Shown here: piece after piece, positions 27,701-35,254 of the stretch
Layout of the letters: each line of letters starts with the position of its first letter
Position numbering within the stretch: the stretch's first letter is position 1
The notes under the pieces: model-generated
What the model was told of the DNA's origin: nothing
What the model saw: only the letters and a program-made list of their open reading frames with translations
The model's database searches: none
Made by a program: the position numbers and the translations under genes
NCBI GenBank assembly: GCA_965223295.1
Contig: CBDCWC010000003.1
Location: 1,152,001-1,216,000 of the forward strand
From: Nitrospirales bacterium
Lineage (GTDB): Bacteria > Nitrospirota > Nitrospiria > Nitrospirales > UBA8639
Direction of reading: 5' to 3'
DNA: 64,000 nt

Positions 27701-28185
27701 ACGAGGTCCAGGAAGAATGGGAACCCACGCTGCAGCTGGATGTCTCGGCCTTTATTCCTGATGATTATGTGGAAGATGCGTCACAACGCTTAGGTCTTTA
27801 TAAGCGCTTGACAGGCAGCGAACGGCTAGGAGATCTGGCCTTGCTATATGGAGAAACCCTCGATCGCTTTGGCACATTGCCCGAACCCATGGAGCGCCTC
27901 TTTGAAGTGATGCAAATCCGTGTTCTGGCGAAGGTTCTTAAATTAGAATATGTTGAACTACGACAAGGCATGGTCAATATTCGGTTTCACGATCAAGCTA
28001 AATTACCAGACCAAGGTCTTCGACGTTTGATGGATGTTTGGAACGACCGGATGGAATTTCTGTCTCCTCGCGCATTCCGTCTCACCACGGATGAACAGGA
28101 ATGGGGAGAAATGTATTCCCAAGTTAATACTGTGTTGCAGGATTTAGTCCAATCTCTAAACAAGACTGAAGTTCAACAGATGTAA
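24721..28185 (+). CDS. mfd: Transcription-repair coupling factor
   Basis: GEFSVRGGIVD, VVHLQHGIG, CGDVGYGKT, DEEQ, SATPIPRT, QLRGRVGR, DLEIRGAG. Confidence 0.96.
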   Translation: MKLPLVVQTFKNQLWALQPTIPETAAPPCVLSTQPGCLALAMALSAQLDVHLSATEPQTCLILTAKQKEAEQLYEDMKFFADFLDVDHSGLALFPPWSTVPYNPALPAHSVICQRVRALHRLSQGKNTVLISSLPAVLHKLLPPSVFSEACFVLRVGATIERGWLLRALVRLGYSRGSLAEVPGEFSVRGGIVDIFSTAHDHPVRIEFLGDTVESIRTFDPSTQESVSQLKETWILPTREFIPPLTQPEELSPITPSLEWDLPHYYPQLVTLCDYVQHPLTVWLSQPIDLNTNAADFWNLLLETWEQLKPGHGHAEPDQLYESWDTVKLFISMCPTILWDSLAPDSITIPHVPLPLNAQSPASVGLGVRGLPFKETLTKLDQLRAETGIFLVARSAGQVERLIALLHDHGFPANTWQQPFPQETIDGRLPFYCLEGELSAGFITHEGRLAFVTEEELFGKGIRHRPQTKTPTAKFFSTLDDLKEGDLVVHLQHGIGRYVGLRRLDVQECVSDYVLLQFGGTDTLYVPLDRLNQIHRYRGAEQRSPRLDRLGGTAWGKTKAKVKKGIEDMTEELVELYANREVARRAAYQEDTLLVHEFEAGFEYEETPDQQRAIEEIGRDMESPKPMDRLVCGDVGYGKTEVAMRAAFKAIQANRQVAVLVPTTLLAQQHYENFSIRFAPFPVKIGVLSRFQSTAGIKATLKDLAEGVIDIVVGTHRVVQKDVVFKQLGLVIIDEEQWFGVRHKERLKQLRTQVDVLTLSATPIPRTLQMAFSGVRDLSVIETAPPGRLAVETQVLRFDPAVVREAIRRELARGGQVYYVHNRVETMEQTGAWLQELLPEARVLMAHGQMHEKLLERVMLQFFHQEADVLLASAIIQSGLDIPNANTILVDRADLFGLSQLYQLRGRVGRGGQQAFAYLFTPNEETLSTDAQKRMIAIQEFAELGSGFRIAAADLEIRGAGNLLGKQQSGNIAAVGLDLYLQMVEQAVQQLKGHEVQEEWEPTLQLDVSAFIPDDYVEDASQRLGLYKRLTGSERLGDLALLYGETLDRFGTLPEPMERLFEVMQIRVLAKVLKLEYVELRQGMVNIRFHDQAKLPDQGLRRLMDVWNDRMEFLSPRAFRLTTDEQEWGEMYSQVNTVLQDLVQSLNKTEVQQM

Positions 28186-28203
28186 TACAGAGGATTTTCC
28201 CAA

Positions 28204-29127
28204 ATGTTTCACCTAAGACTTCATGACAGCTTTTCTCAATATTCGCTGAGCTATCTATGCCGTCTCTTTGCATTGAGCCTTTTACTTCTGCCCTCAACCG
28301 GGCATGGTTTTCACGACCGAATTGTGGCGGTGGTCAACAAAGAAGTGATTACTCAGCACGATCTTCAAAACGGCGTACAGGACGAACTTCGACGACTCAA
28401 AGCCAAGTATACCGGGCATGAATTGGAACGCCGGTACCAGGAGAAACAACGAGAAGTCCTGAATAGACTCATTGATGAACGCCTTCAACTTCAGGAAGCC
28501 AAAGCCAAAGGACTTTCTGTGACGCAAGACGAAATTGACGCGGCTATTCGGCGAACACCTTTGCCTCCAACGCAAACCGAAGAAGAGTTCGGCCAGCAAT
28601 TACTGTTAAAGAAACTGTTTGACTTTGAAGTGCGCCGCAACGTCGTCGTCGAGGAAGGTGAACTTCACCGGTATTACAAAGCGAACCCAACACAGTTCAG
28701 TCAACCGCCACAGTATCGTTTAAAACATATTTTTCTGATGGCTCAGAATGAAGAAGAACGCAGTCGAGCAAAAACCACGGCTCAAACCATCTATTCCAAT
28801 TGGAATCCTGAAACACCTCTAGAAGAGCTTGCCGCACAACATGGGCAAGTGGTCACTGAATTAGGTTGGGTTGAAGAAAAGGATTTAGTCGTCCCGCTGG
28901 CGCAGGATTTAAAAGATCTACCAGTTGGGACCATGTCGAAACCCATTGAAACCCAGCTTGGCATTCACTTGCTAACCGTGGAAGAGATCAAGGAACCTCA
29001 ACCTTACCCCTTTGAACAAATGGAACAGGAGATTCGCGCCCAATTGGTGAAAGAACGACGGGAAGAAGCCTATCGTAAATGGCTCGAAGATCTGAAAGCA
29101 AAAGCCTACATAGAGATAAAATTTTAA
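28204..29127 (+). CDS. SurA-like periplasmic chaperone / parvulin PPIase
   Basis: Signal peptide, DRIVAVVNKEVIT, ELGWV, SKPIETQLGIHL, LKAKAYIEI; usual position after mfd. Confidence 0.85.
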   Translation: MFHLRLHDSFSQYSLSYLCRLFALSLLLLPSTGHGFHDRIVAVVNKEVITQHDLQNGVQDELRRLKAKYTGHELERRYQEKQREVLNRLIDERLQLQEAKAKGLSVTQDEIDAAIRRTPLPPTQTEEEFGQQLLLKKLFDFEVRRNVVVEEGELHRYYKANPTQFSQPPQYRLKHIFLMAQNEEERSRAKTTAQTIYSNWNPETPLEELAAQHGQVVTELGWVEEKDLVVPLAQDLKDLPVGTMSKPIETQLGIHLLTVEEIKEPQPYPFEQMEQEIRAQLVKERREEAYRKWLEDLKAKAYIEIKF

Positions 29128-29720
29128 AAACTCAATACACCCCCTAGTTGATCTAGAACCTGGCGTTGGCCTTCACCAGTATGCGCCGAGAGAAAGATCG
29201 GAACCTCTTCCACGCCTAGACCCCGTTGAAGTTCTCGGATGGCCGCCTGGCGCTTACCGCGGATAACTTTATCCGCTTTGGTGGCTACAAGGATGAGCGG
29301 AATGTTCAGCTTTCCTATCCACCTGATCATGGCCCGGTCAGAGTCTTGGGCTCTTCGTGAATCCACTAGCATAATGACTCCACACAGATTATCACGGGTC
29401 TTAAAAAATGTTTCGATCAATGGAGCCCATTGTTGTTGTACGTGATCCGGAACTTTGGCATAGCCATAGCCTGGGAGATCAATCAGCATGAACCGACGGC
29501 CATTGGTTTCTATCTGAAAAAAATTGATGGTTTGTGTTTTTCCTGGTGTTTTCCCTACCTTTGCCAACCCTTTGCGATTCACCAAACAATTAATCGTTGA
29601 TGATTTCCCGACATTCGAACGGCCAACTATGGCTACTTCGGGGAGAGTCGGCTTGAGAAATTGTTCTACCGTTGCGCAACTAGCCTTAAATTCCGCCGAA
29701 TGAATCTTTAATGGAGGCAT
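29124..29720 (-). CDS. engB: GTP-binding protein EngB/YihA/YsxC
   Basis: GRSNVGKSS, KTPGKT, DLPGYG, TKADK. Confidence 0.95.
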   Translation of the reverse strand: MPPLKIHSAEFKASCATVEQFLKPTLPEVAIVGRSNVGKSSTINCLVNRKGLAKVGKTPGKTQTINFFQIETNGRRFMLIDLPGYGYAKVPDHVQQQWAPLIETFFKTRDNLCGVIMLVDSRRAQDSDRAMIRWIGKLNIPLILVATKADKVIRGKRQAAIRELQRGLGVEEVPIFLSAHTGEGQRQVLDQLGGVLSF

Positions 29721-29737
29721 ACGATGAAAACCTATTC

Positions 29738-30217
29738 TTAGCGACGTGCATCTTTCATCGCGCGGTCGATCTCACGAGAGGCTTCACGTTTTTTAATGGT
29801 TTCACGGCGATCATAGGTTTTCTTTCCTCGAGCCACCGCCAGCTCCAACTTAGCTCGTCCACGATCATTAAAGTATAGCCGCAGAGGCACAATCGTGAGC
29901 CCTTTGAGTTTCACCTTGTCCATCAATCGTTGAATTTCTTTCTTGTGAAGCAACAGAGTGCGCGGTCGTAGCGGTTCGTGGTTCATTTGGTTCCCATGGC
30001 TATAGGTACCGATATGACAGTTGTGCAGGACAGCTTTGCCATTGGAAATGGACGCATAACTGTCCCGCAGATTCAGATGGCCTTCGCGCAAGGCTTTAAC
30101 TTCAGTGCCAACCAGCATCAAACCTGCTTCGATTTTTTCTTCGACAAAATAGTCGTAGGTAGCCTTTCTATTGGTGCCGACAATTTTATTTGACGAATCT
30201 TTTTTCTGTTTAGCCAT
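29738..30217 (-). CDS. smpB: SsrA-binding protein
   Basis: NRKATYDY, EAGLMLVGTEVK, LLLHKKEI, GKKTYDRR. Confidence 0.97.
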   Translation of the reverse strand: MAKQKKDSSNKIVGTNRKATYDYFVEEKIEAGLMLVGTEVKALREGHLNLRDSYASISNGKAVLHNCHIGTYSHGNQMNHEPLRPRTLLLHKKEIQRLMDKVKLKGLTIVPLRLYFNDRGRAKLELAVARGKKTYDRRETIKKREASREIDRAMKDARR

Positions 30218-30445
30218 CCGCTATTGTACCTGATTCCCTACGACAACAGACCGCGAGACAATCACGTTCGATAATATCGTGAAATTGAAAATTTAGAGCA
30301 CCTCCTCAACGGGAGTATCTTGAGCGGAGTCGCAGAACTCTGGGCGCAGGGTAGTCCCTCAACAGGCGCATACTGAGGCAAGAATCAGCCCCTTCTACAG
30401 GACTCTAATAAGATATACCTCTGCTCATCAAGCAGATACCGTTTT

Positions 30446-30874
30446 TCAGCTTAACGGATGACGAACACGCAGCCCGGGAAACCGGTGAAAATCTTGATCA
30501 GCGGTGATCCATTCACTACCACTTTCAATGGCGAGGGCTGCGAGAAACGCATCTGGCACGAAGTTGCCTTTGACTCTGGCTTGATGACATAGATCACAAA
30601 AAATCTCCCAATGCCGAGCACCAGGATGGATGAGGACACAGTTTGGGGCGGTGCGAAGTTCTTTGGTAAAGGTTAAGGCTTCATCAATTGTCGAGGGCGT
30701 CTTAAAGACTCGTGGATGTGTGACGATCCGAAGAAATCCACTTAAGACAAAGTCCGATAAGCCATACGATTCGTGGGAGTTAATCAGGCGTTTAAGCCAA
30801 TGATGGTAGTCTTGATGTTGACGAGTATCCTCACGATGCGCATATACCAACACGTTGACGTCAAGAAGAACCAT
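30446..30874 (-). CDS. vapC: VapC PIN-domain toxin
   Basis: LLDVNVLVYA, FLRIVTHP, VPDAFLAALA, TADQDFHRF. Confidence 0.9.
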   Translation of the reverse strand: MVLLDVNVLVYAHREDTRQHQDYHHWLKRLINSHESYGLSDFVLSGFLRIVTHPRVFKTPSTIDEALTFTKELRTAPNCVLIHPGARHWEIFCDLCHQARVKGNFVPDAFLAALAIESGSEWITADQDFHRFPGLRVRHPLS

Positions 30875-31112
30875 CGTGTTCTTCCATTACCGTTAGAAGA
30901 GAGGCCGAATCATCAAGATCAATGCCGTAGTGAAGACCTTCGCCTTTTACCGTGGTTAATTTCACTGGTCTTCTCTTCTGTTGGAGGGTGGGACGCGAAA
31001 GACTTTCTCTAAGAGCATCTTCAATGACAGTTGTCAGAGTTTTGCCATGCTCATGGGCGTATTGTTTCGCTGTCTTTAGTAACTGATCATCCAACCGAAT
31101 CGTTGTTCTCAT
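30861..31112 (-). CDS. vapB: VapB antitoxin (ribbon-helix-helix)
   Basis: MRTTIRLDDQL..LTTVIEDALR; overlaps the vapC start. Confidence 0.88.
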   Translation of the reverse strand: MRTTIRLDDQLLKTAKQYAHEHGKTLTTVIEDALRESLSRPTLQQKRRPVKLTTVKGEGLHYGIDLDDSASLLTVMEEHDGSS

Positions 31113-31114
31113 AC

Positions 31115-31148
31115 ATCAAAGCATACTTGATAGTCATCAATATGTCAA
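31115..31148 (-). promoter_or_regulatory. vapBC promoter with palindromic operator
   Basis: TTGACA-17 bp-TATGCT, then 7 nt to ATG; TTGAT-AGTC-ATCAA in the spacer (31127-31140). Confidence 0.7.
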
Positions 31149-31263
31149 AATAGGATTCAATAGCCATTTATTCGGATATTGTTATCCAAAAAGAGTCCTG
31201 AACCCTAAAAAAACGGGGCTGGCCAAACTTTCTCGCACAGGGAACGCCTACGGAGGCGGCTGA

Positions 31264-31327
31264 TTGACCCCACGGAGCTTTTGGTATTTGCCGGTTCGGG
31301 CAGATAAGACCCTTTAAAATTCCTATT
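31264..31327 (+). mobile_element. IS91/ISCR oriIS-like end, copy 1
   Basis: Ends CCCTTTAAAATTCCTATT; layout shared with copies 2 and 3. Confidence 0.5.
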
Positions 31328-31379
31328 CACTGACGTGGGTTGAACACCTACGTTTGAAGACCCTTAACCTAGCTTGCAG

Positions 31380-32351
31380 TCACTTATGTCTTACTGCTAT
31401 CCGATTTTTTTCAGGGAAAAGAAGGGCAAAGGGCTTGAGCAGCACGTTAACGATGGGCATCAAGAACAATCCGAGTACAAACCCAACCACCGCATCCCAA
31501 AAGGCCGTGAGGAGCCACACCACAGGACCCGACGCAGCACGACCTGAACCTGCGTCGGCAATGGCTTTAGTCGTGTCATAGAGCCAAGACAAACCAACTT
31601 CGTGCAGCCCGTGGATTACAATACTTCCCCCCACCCACAGCATGGCCGCCGTCCCGACAACCGAGATGACTTTCAGGACCATTGGCATCGAAGTAACAAG
31701 GCCGCGTCCGAAGGAACGCACCACCTCAACTCCGCTAGACTTACTAAGGCGCAAACCAACATCATCAATTTTGACGAGAAGTGCGACAGCACCATAGACC
31801 AGAACCGTGATCATGACGGCAACAACCGCAAGCACACCTGCCATTTCCCAAAGACTGCCATTGCTGATAGACGCCAGCGCAATAGTCATAATTTCAGAGG
31901 ACAGAATAAAGTCTGTCTTGATCGCGCCTCTCACACGTTGTGCCTCGAGATGCGCCGCATCGAGGGTTGTAGCTTGTTGCGGGCCTGTGTCTTTCTGATG
32001 TGTGAGTGCGTGCCAGGTTTTCTCAGCACCCTCAAAACACAAGTACGCCCCTCCCAATATAAGAAGCGGAGCGATTACCCACGGTGCGAAAACATGTAGC
32101 ACCACGAGCACTGGTAGAAGGATGACGAGCTTATTGAAGAGCGAGCCACCAGCGATCTTTGCAACAATTGGGATTTCACGAGCCGCTGGAAGCCCGGTCA
32201 CATACTTTGGGGTAACGGCTGCATCGTCAATCACAACACCTGCCGTCTTGCTTCCGGCCTTAGCTGCCTGTGATGCCATGTCGTCGAGTTGAGCCGCCGC
32301 TAGCTTTACAATCGCTGCAACGTCATCAAGTAGGGCAAGTAAGCCGCTCAT
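31380..32351 (-). CDS. DUF808 (YedI-like) inner membrane protein
   Basis: GLLALLDDVA, GVVIDDAAVTP, GSLFNK, GAYLCFEG, TDFILSSEIM, GTAAMLWVGG. Confidence 0.9.
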   Translation of the reverse strand: MSGLLALLDDVAAIVKLAAAQLDDMASQAAKAGSKTAGVVIDDAAVTPKYVTGLPAAREIPIVAKIAGGSLFNKLVILLPVLVVLHVFAPWVIAPLLILGGAYLCFEGAEKTWHALTHQKDTGPQQATTLDAAHLEAQRVRGAIKTDFILSSEIMTIALASISNGSLWEMAGVLAVVAVMITVLVYGAVALLVKIDDVGLRLSKSSGVEVVRSFGRGLVTSMPMVLKVISVVGTAAMLWVGGSIVIHGLHEVGLSWLYDTTKAIADAGSGRAASGPVVWLLTAFWDAVVGFVLGLFLMPIVNVLLKPFALLFPEKNRIAVRHK

Positions 32352-32478
32352 ACTTTTTCGTTATCCCTCTGAGCTTTGATAAATTGACGGTGCTTAACCA
32401 CCGATCGATCCGTAAACGGGTCTGCTCTTTTCTCCATTATAGACTGATTGTAAGCTCCCTCTGAAGGACTGGACCAAA

Positions 32479-32646
32479 CACGGTCCGCACGGTTGGGGGA
32501 ACGTTGATCATCCTCGCGACCATTGGCCGGTCTGACCCTAGTCGCCGGAGACACGCCCGCTTGGTGGATAGCTACGTCTGGGGTTTGAATCCCCCTGAGG
32601 TCTTTGGTACTTTGCGATTCTCTCAAAAAGGCCTTTTAAAATTTCT
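32479..32646 (+). mobile_element. Eroded IS91/ISCR-like transposase tail plus oriIS-like end, copy 2
   Basis: CAC GGT CCG CAC GGT (T) GGG GGA ACG TTG ATC ATC CTC GCG ACC ATT reads like a decayed HCPHCGGTLxIIAxI; ends CCTTTTAAAATTTCT. Confidence 0.55.
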
Positions 32647-32711
32647 CGTCCCTCTATTCTCAATTCGATTGGCAGTCTATGCAGGGACCAACTGAGAATT
32701 CTAGGCCAAAG

Positions 32712-33521
32712 TTAGGGCTTTTTCGGTGTTGATAGCAGCAAGGTCTTGAGCCTGGCGAACCAGCGGCCTGCCATTACAGTTTCGCCTTCGGTGTTCGGAT
32801 GCACACCGTCATAGGTGTGAGCGGATGGATCGAAACCTGAGTATTGATCCACTAGATGGATTGGCGAAGCTTCCGTATACATTTCCCTCGCAAGAGTAAG
32901 GAGGCCAGCGTTCATTTCTTCGATGCGTGTATTGACTCCTGGGTCTGTGGTGGGAATGATCTGTGCGATAAGAAACACACTCATGGGTTGCGATAACCTA
33001 ACTGCTTGGATAATGGCGTGCATCTCCGCTAAGGTGCTCCGCGGTGATTCGCCTTGAAACAAATCATTTGAGCCGAGATGAACGAGGAACACATCCGGCT
33101 TGTGAATCTCTGCCCATTGCTCAATACGCTGAAGAATTTCGTCCGTCCGCCAACCCCAATGTCCCTCATGGTCAGTGTCGAAATCGACGTGTGGCGGGTT
33201 GCCCCCGTGATTGGTTTGTTGGCTGCCAACAAAATCAACGTTTAAACCCACCGTTTGAAGTGCTTTCCAAAGTGGCCGACGATAGCTAGTATAAGTCGTA
33301 TCGCCGTGTGTTATTGAGTCGCCCAATGGCATTATGCGCCACGGAGACCCATGAAGACTTGTCGTCGATTTCGATGCGCCAGAAGTGTTTGCTGTTTGCT
33401 CCGTATCTTGGCAAGCCGTTGGGGTCGCAAGTAAGACGATGATAATCAAAAGCTCCGGTGCTTTGGTTTCACCAAATTGAGCCAATAGGCGAAAATAGCG
33501 CTGGATTTTCATGCTAGGCAT
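32712..33521 (-). CDS. SGNH/GDSL-family hydrolase, possibly a lipoprotein
   Basis: IMPLGDSIT, HEGHWG, HLGSND, DGVHP; hydrophobic stretch ending TAC; start uncertain (33521 or 33512; ORF track 33686). Confidence 0.85.
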   Translation of the reverse strand: MPSMKIQRYFRLLAQFGETKAPELLIIIVLLATPTACQDTEQTANTSGASKSTTSLHGSPWRIMPLGDSITHGDTTYTSYRRPLWKALQTVGLNVDFVGSQQTNHGGNPPHVDFDTDHEGHWGWRTDEILQRIEQWAEIHKPDVFLVHLGSNDLFQGESPRSTLAEMHAIIQAVRLSQPMSVFLIAQIIPTTDPGVNTRIEEMNAGLLTLAREMYTEASPIHLVDQYSGFDPSAHTYDGVHPNTEGETVMAGRWFARLKTLLLSTPKKP

Positions 33522-33910
33522 AGTATCAACTCGCCATTGAACACTGAAGCGTCGCGCACATTCACGGATCATTTCTGTTCTCCCGCAAGACATTTGTGGT
33601 CCGTGAGTGTACCTATCGGTTAGCACCATATTCGTGAGACGAAAATGCTTCTTAGGACCTGAAGGACATCTCACTGGAATATTCAAGGTTCAGCAAGATG
33701 AGGCTATCGCAGTGGCCCTACCCATCTCGTCAGGACCCTGCAGGGATTCCTGCAACGCCAGACGGCCCGTGCCTTACCAAAAGCTTTAGCCCGCATCGCC
33801 GCGTTCTCACAAGCACCTAACCTCTCCACCAAATTCCGATTCAGTTCCTGGAGCTGATAGATCCGTGTGCCCAGTTCCCCAACCCACATCCCATAATGGA
33901 GGAACAAGCC

Positions 33911-34031
33911 GCCGGTCAGACCCCACTCACAAGAGATACGCTCGCCCGTCGGACAGCGAGGTATAGGGATTGAATCCCCCGAGGCCTTGGGTACTTTGCG
34001 ATTCTCGCAAAACAGCCCTCTAAAATTCCTA
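33911..34031 (+). mobile_element. IS91/ISCR oriIS-like end, copy 3
   Basis: About three-quarters identical by eye to 32526-32646; ends CCCTCTAAAATTCCTA. Confidence 0.55.
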
Positions 34032-34079
34032 CTCCACCTACAAGTTGTAGATGAATAGACTGGTCCGATTCGCTATACT

Positions 34080-34565
34080 GTGATGATCATGAGTGAATTC
34101 GAGTCGTTTCAGTCTGTTCTTAAAAATGTGTCGAAGGGCAGTGCTCTGTCGTTGAAACTGGCTGAAGCCCGTTTACAGCAAGAATGGGAGGGACTGGTCG
34201 GTCAAACGATTGCCAAGCATTCGTACCCCGAGTCTATCCGATACAAGAAGTTGTATTTGACAGCGGATAATTCAATTTGGCTTCAGCAATTGGTGTTTTT
34301 GAAGGCAACAATTCTGGAGGCGATCCATTCGATCCTACCTGATCTTGAGCTGACCGACATTATTCTTCGAATCGGTTCAATACCGGAAAGAACTCATACT
34401 CCTCCCTCAACTCCTCAACCCGCTTCTGCTTCGCCTGTACTACCTTCACCTTTTGCTACGGCCTTAACTGAGCAATTGAACGACCCTGATTTGCAAGCGT
34501 TACTGGCTCAAACCATTACCAAATCCCTTTTGCAATCAGCTCCTCCTACGCCTGAGAAGACTTAG
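34080..34565 (+). CDS. dciA: DUF721 / DciA-family protein
   Basis: LQQEWEGLVGQTIAKHS, LYLTADNSIWLQQL, IILRIG; near gyrAB and the origin. Confidence 0.75.
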   Translation: MMIMSEFESFQSVLKNVSKGSALSLKLAEARLQQEWEGLVGQTIAKHSYPESIRYKKLYLTADNSIWLQQLVFLKATILEAIHSILPDLELTDIILRIGSIPERTHTPPSTPQPASASPVLPSPFATALTEQLNDPDLQALLAQTITKSLLQSAPPTPEKT

Positions 34566-34578
34566 GCCCTAGCTCGTA

Positions 34579-35130
34579 TTACCAAGATTCTTCAAAAACC
34601 CACTGCATCGTTAACGTGCGGTCTGTTGATTGGCTTCGGTTCCATGGACCGATCCACCCGGCTTGGCCTGCCTCGTCCGCACGATACCCCCCTCGCACAC
34701 TGGCTTCAAACTGCTGGCGAAAGTCTTCAATTTCTGGTGTTCGTAATTCTTTGGTTTCGCTTCCTATGTATCGCTGAAACGTATCCGGCTCCGTCCATGA
34801 AGGATCTGAAAAGATGATGATGTGAATTGTTTGATAGCGCTCTCGTGAATTCTTCGGTGTGGTAGGCCGAATTTTCATTGAGGCAAAATCGCGGGTGGTC
34901 CGTCCAACGTTGCCAAATCGCTTGATTAAGCTTTCTAGTTCGGGATCACTTGTCCAGGAAGGTACATGCAGGGCCACCAAGGTTCCTGCTTGGGCGCCAA
35001 GGCTATAGGGAGGAATGGTGCGATCTGGGCGGGAAAGATACATCCCGAACGCTATAAGACAAAAGCCTCCAAGCAAGATGCCTAAACATATTTTGACAAT
35101 AGGGTCTAACCCTTTTTTCTTCGACTTCAT
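34579..35130 (-). CDS. Hypothetical protein with N-terminal membrane anchor
   Basis: Basic N-terminus, single TM, 183 aa; fills the gap downstream of gyrA. Confidence 0.7.
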   Translation of the reverse strand: MKSKKKGLDPIVKICLGILLGGFCLIAFGMYLSRPDRTIPPYSLGAQAGTLVALHVPSWTSDPELESLIKRFGNVGRTTRDFASMKIRPTTPKNSRERYQTIHIIIFSDPSWTEPDTFQRYIGSETKELRTPEIEDFRQQFEASVRGGYRADEAGQAGWIGPWNRSQSTDRTLTMQWVFEESW

Positions 35131-35165
35131 GTGGCCATTGTAACATGGAGGGATGACTCCCCTAG

Positions 35166-35254
35166 AGCATGGAAAAAGTTTGCCAGCGGCGTTTTCAAGC
35201 CTTTGTCGTACTCAAGGACTAAAGCACGCTCTGCGTACCACTTGCCCTACGGCT
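35166..35254. repeat. Degenerate, truncated copy 3 of the ~120-bp element
   Basis: Colinear blocks GCCAGCGGCGTTYTC, CGTRCTCA, ACGCTCYGCG, CTRCGGC shared with 754-874. Confidence 0.6.

Noticed and set aside
30304-30378. Two similar CCTCAAC...TGAG hairpins between smpB and vapC
   Set aside because: Short, only two copies and modest similarity; cannot be distinguished from terminator-like or chance structure
33704-33907. 67-aa minus-strand ORF beside oriIS-like copy 3
   Set aside because: No RBS or recognisable motif; at most a gene fragment
31264-34031. Repeats as integron attC sites
   Set aside because: No RYYYAAC...GTTRRRY bounded palindrome and no integron integrase
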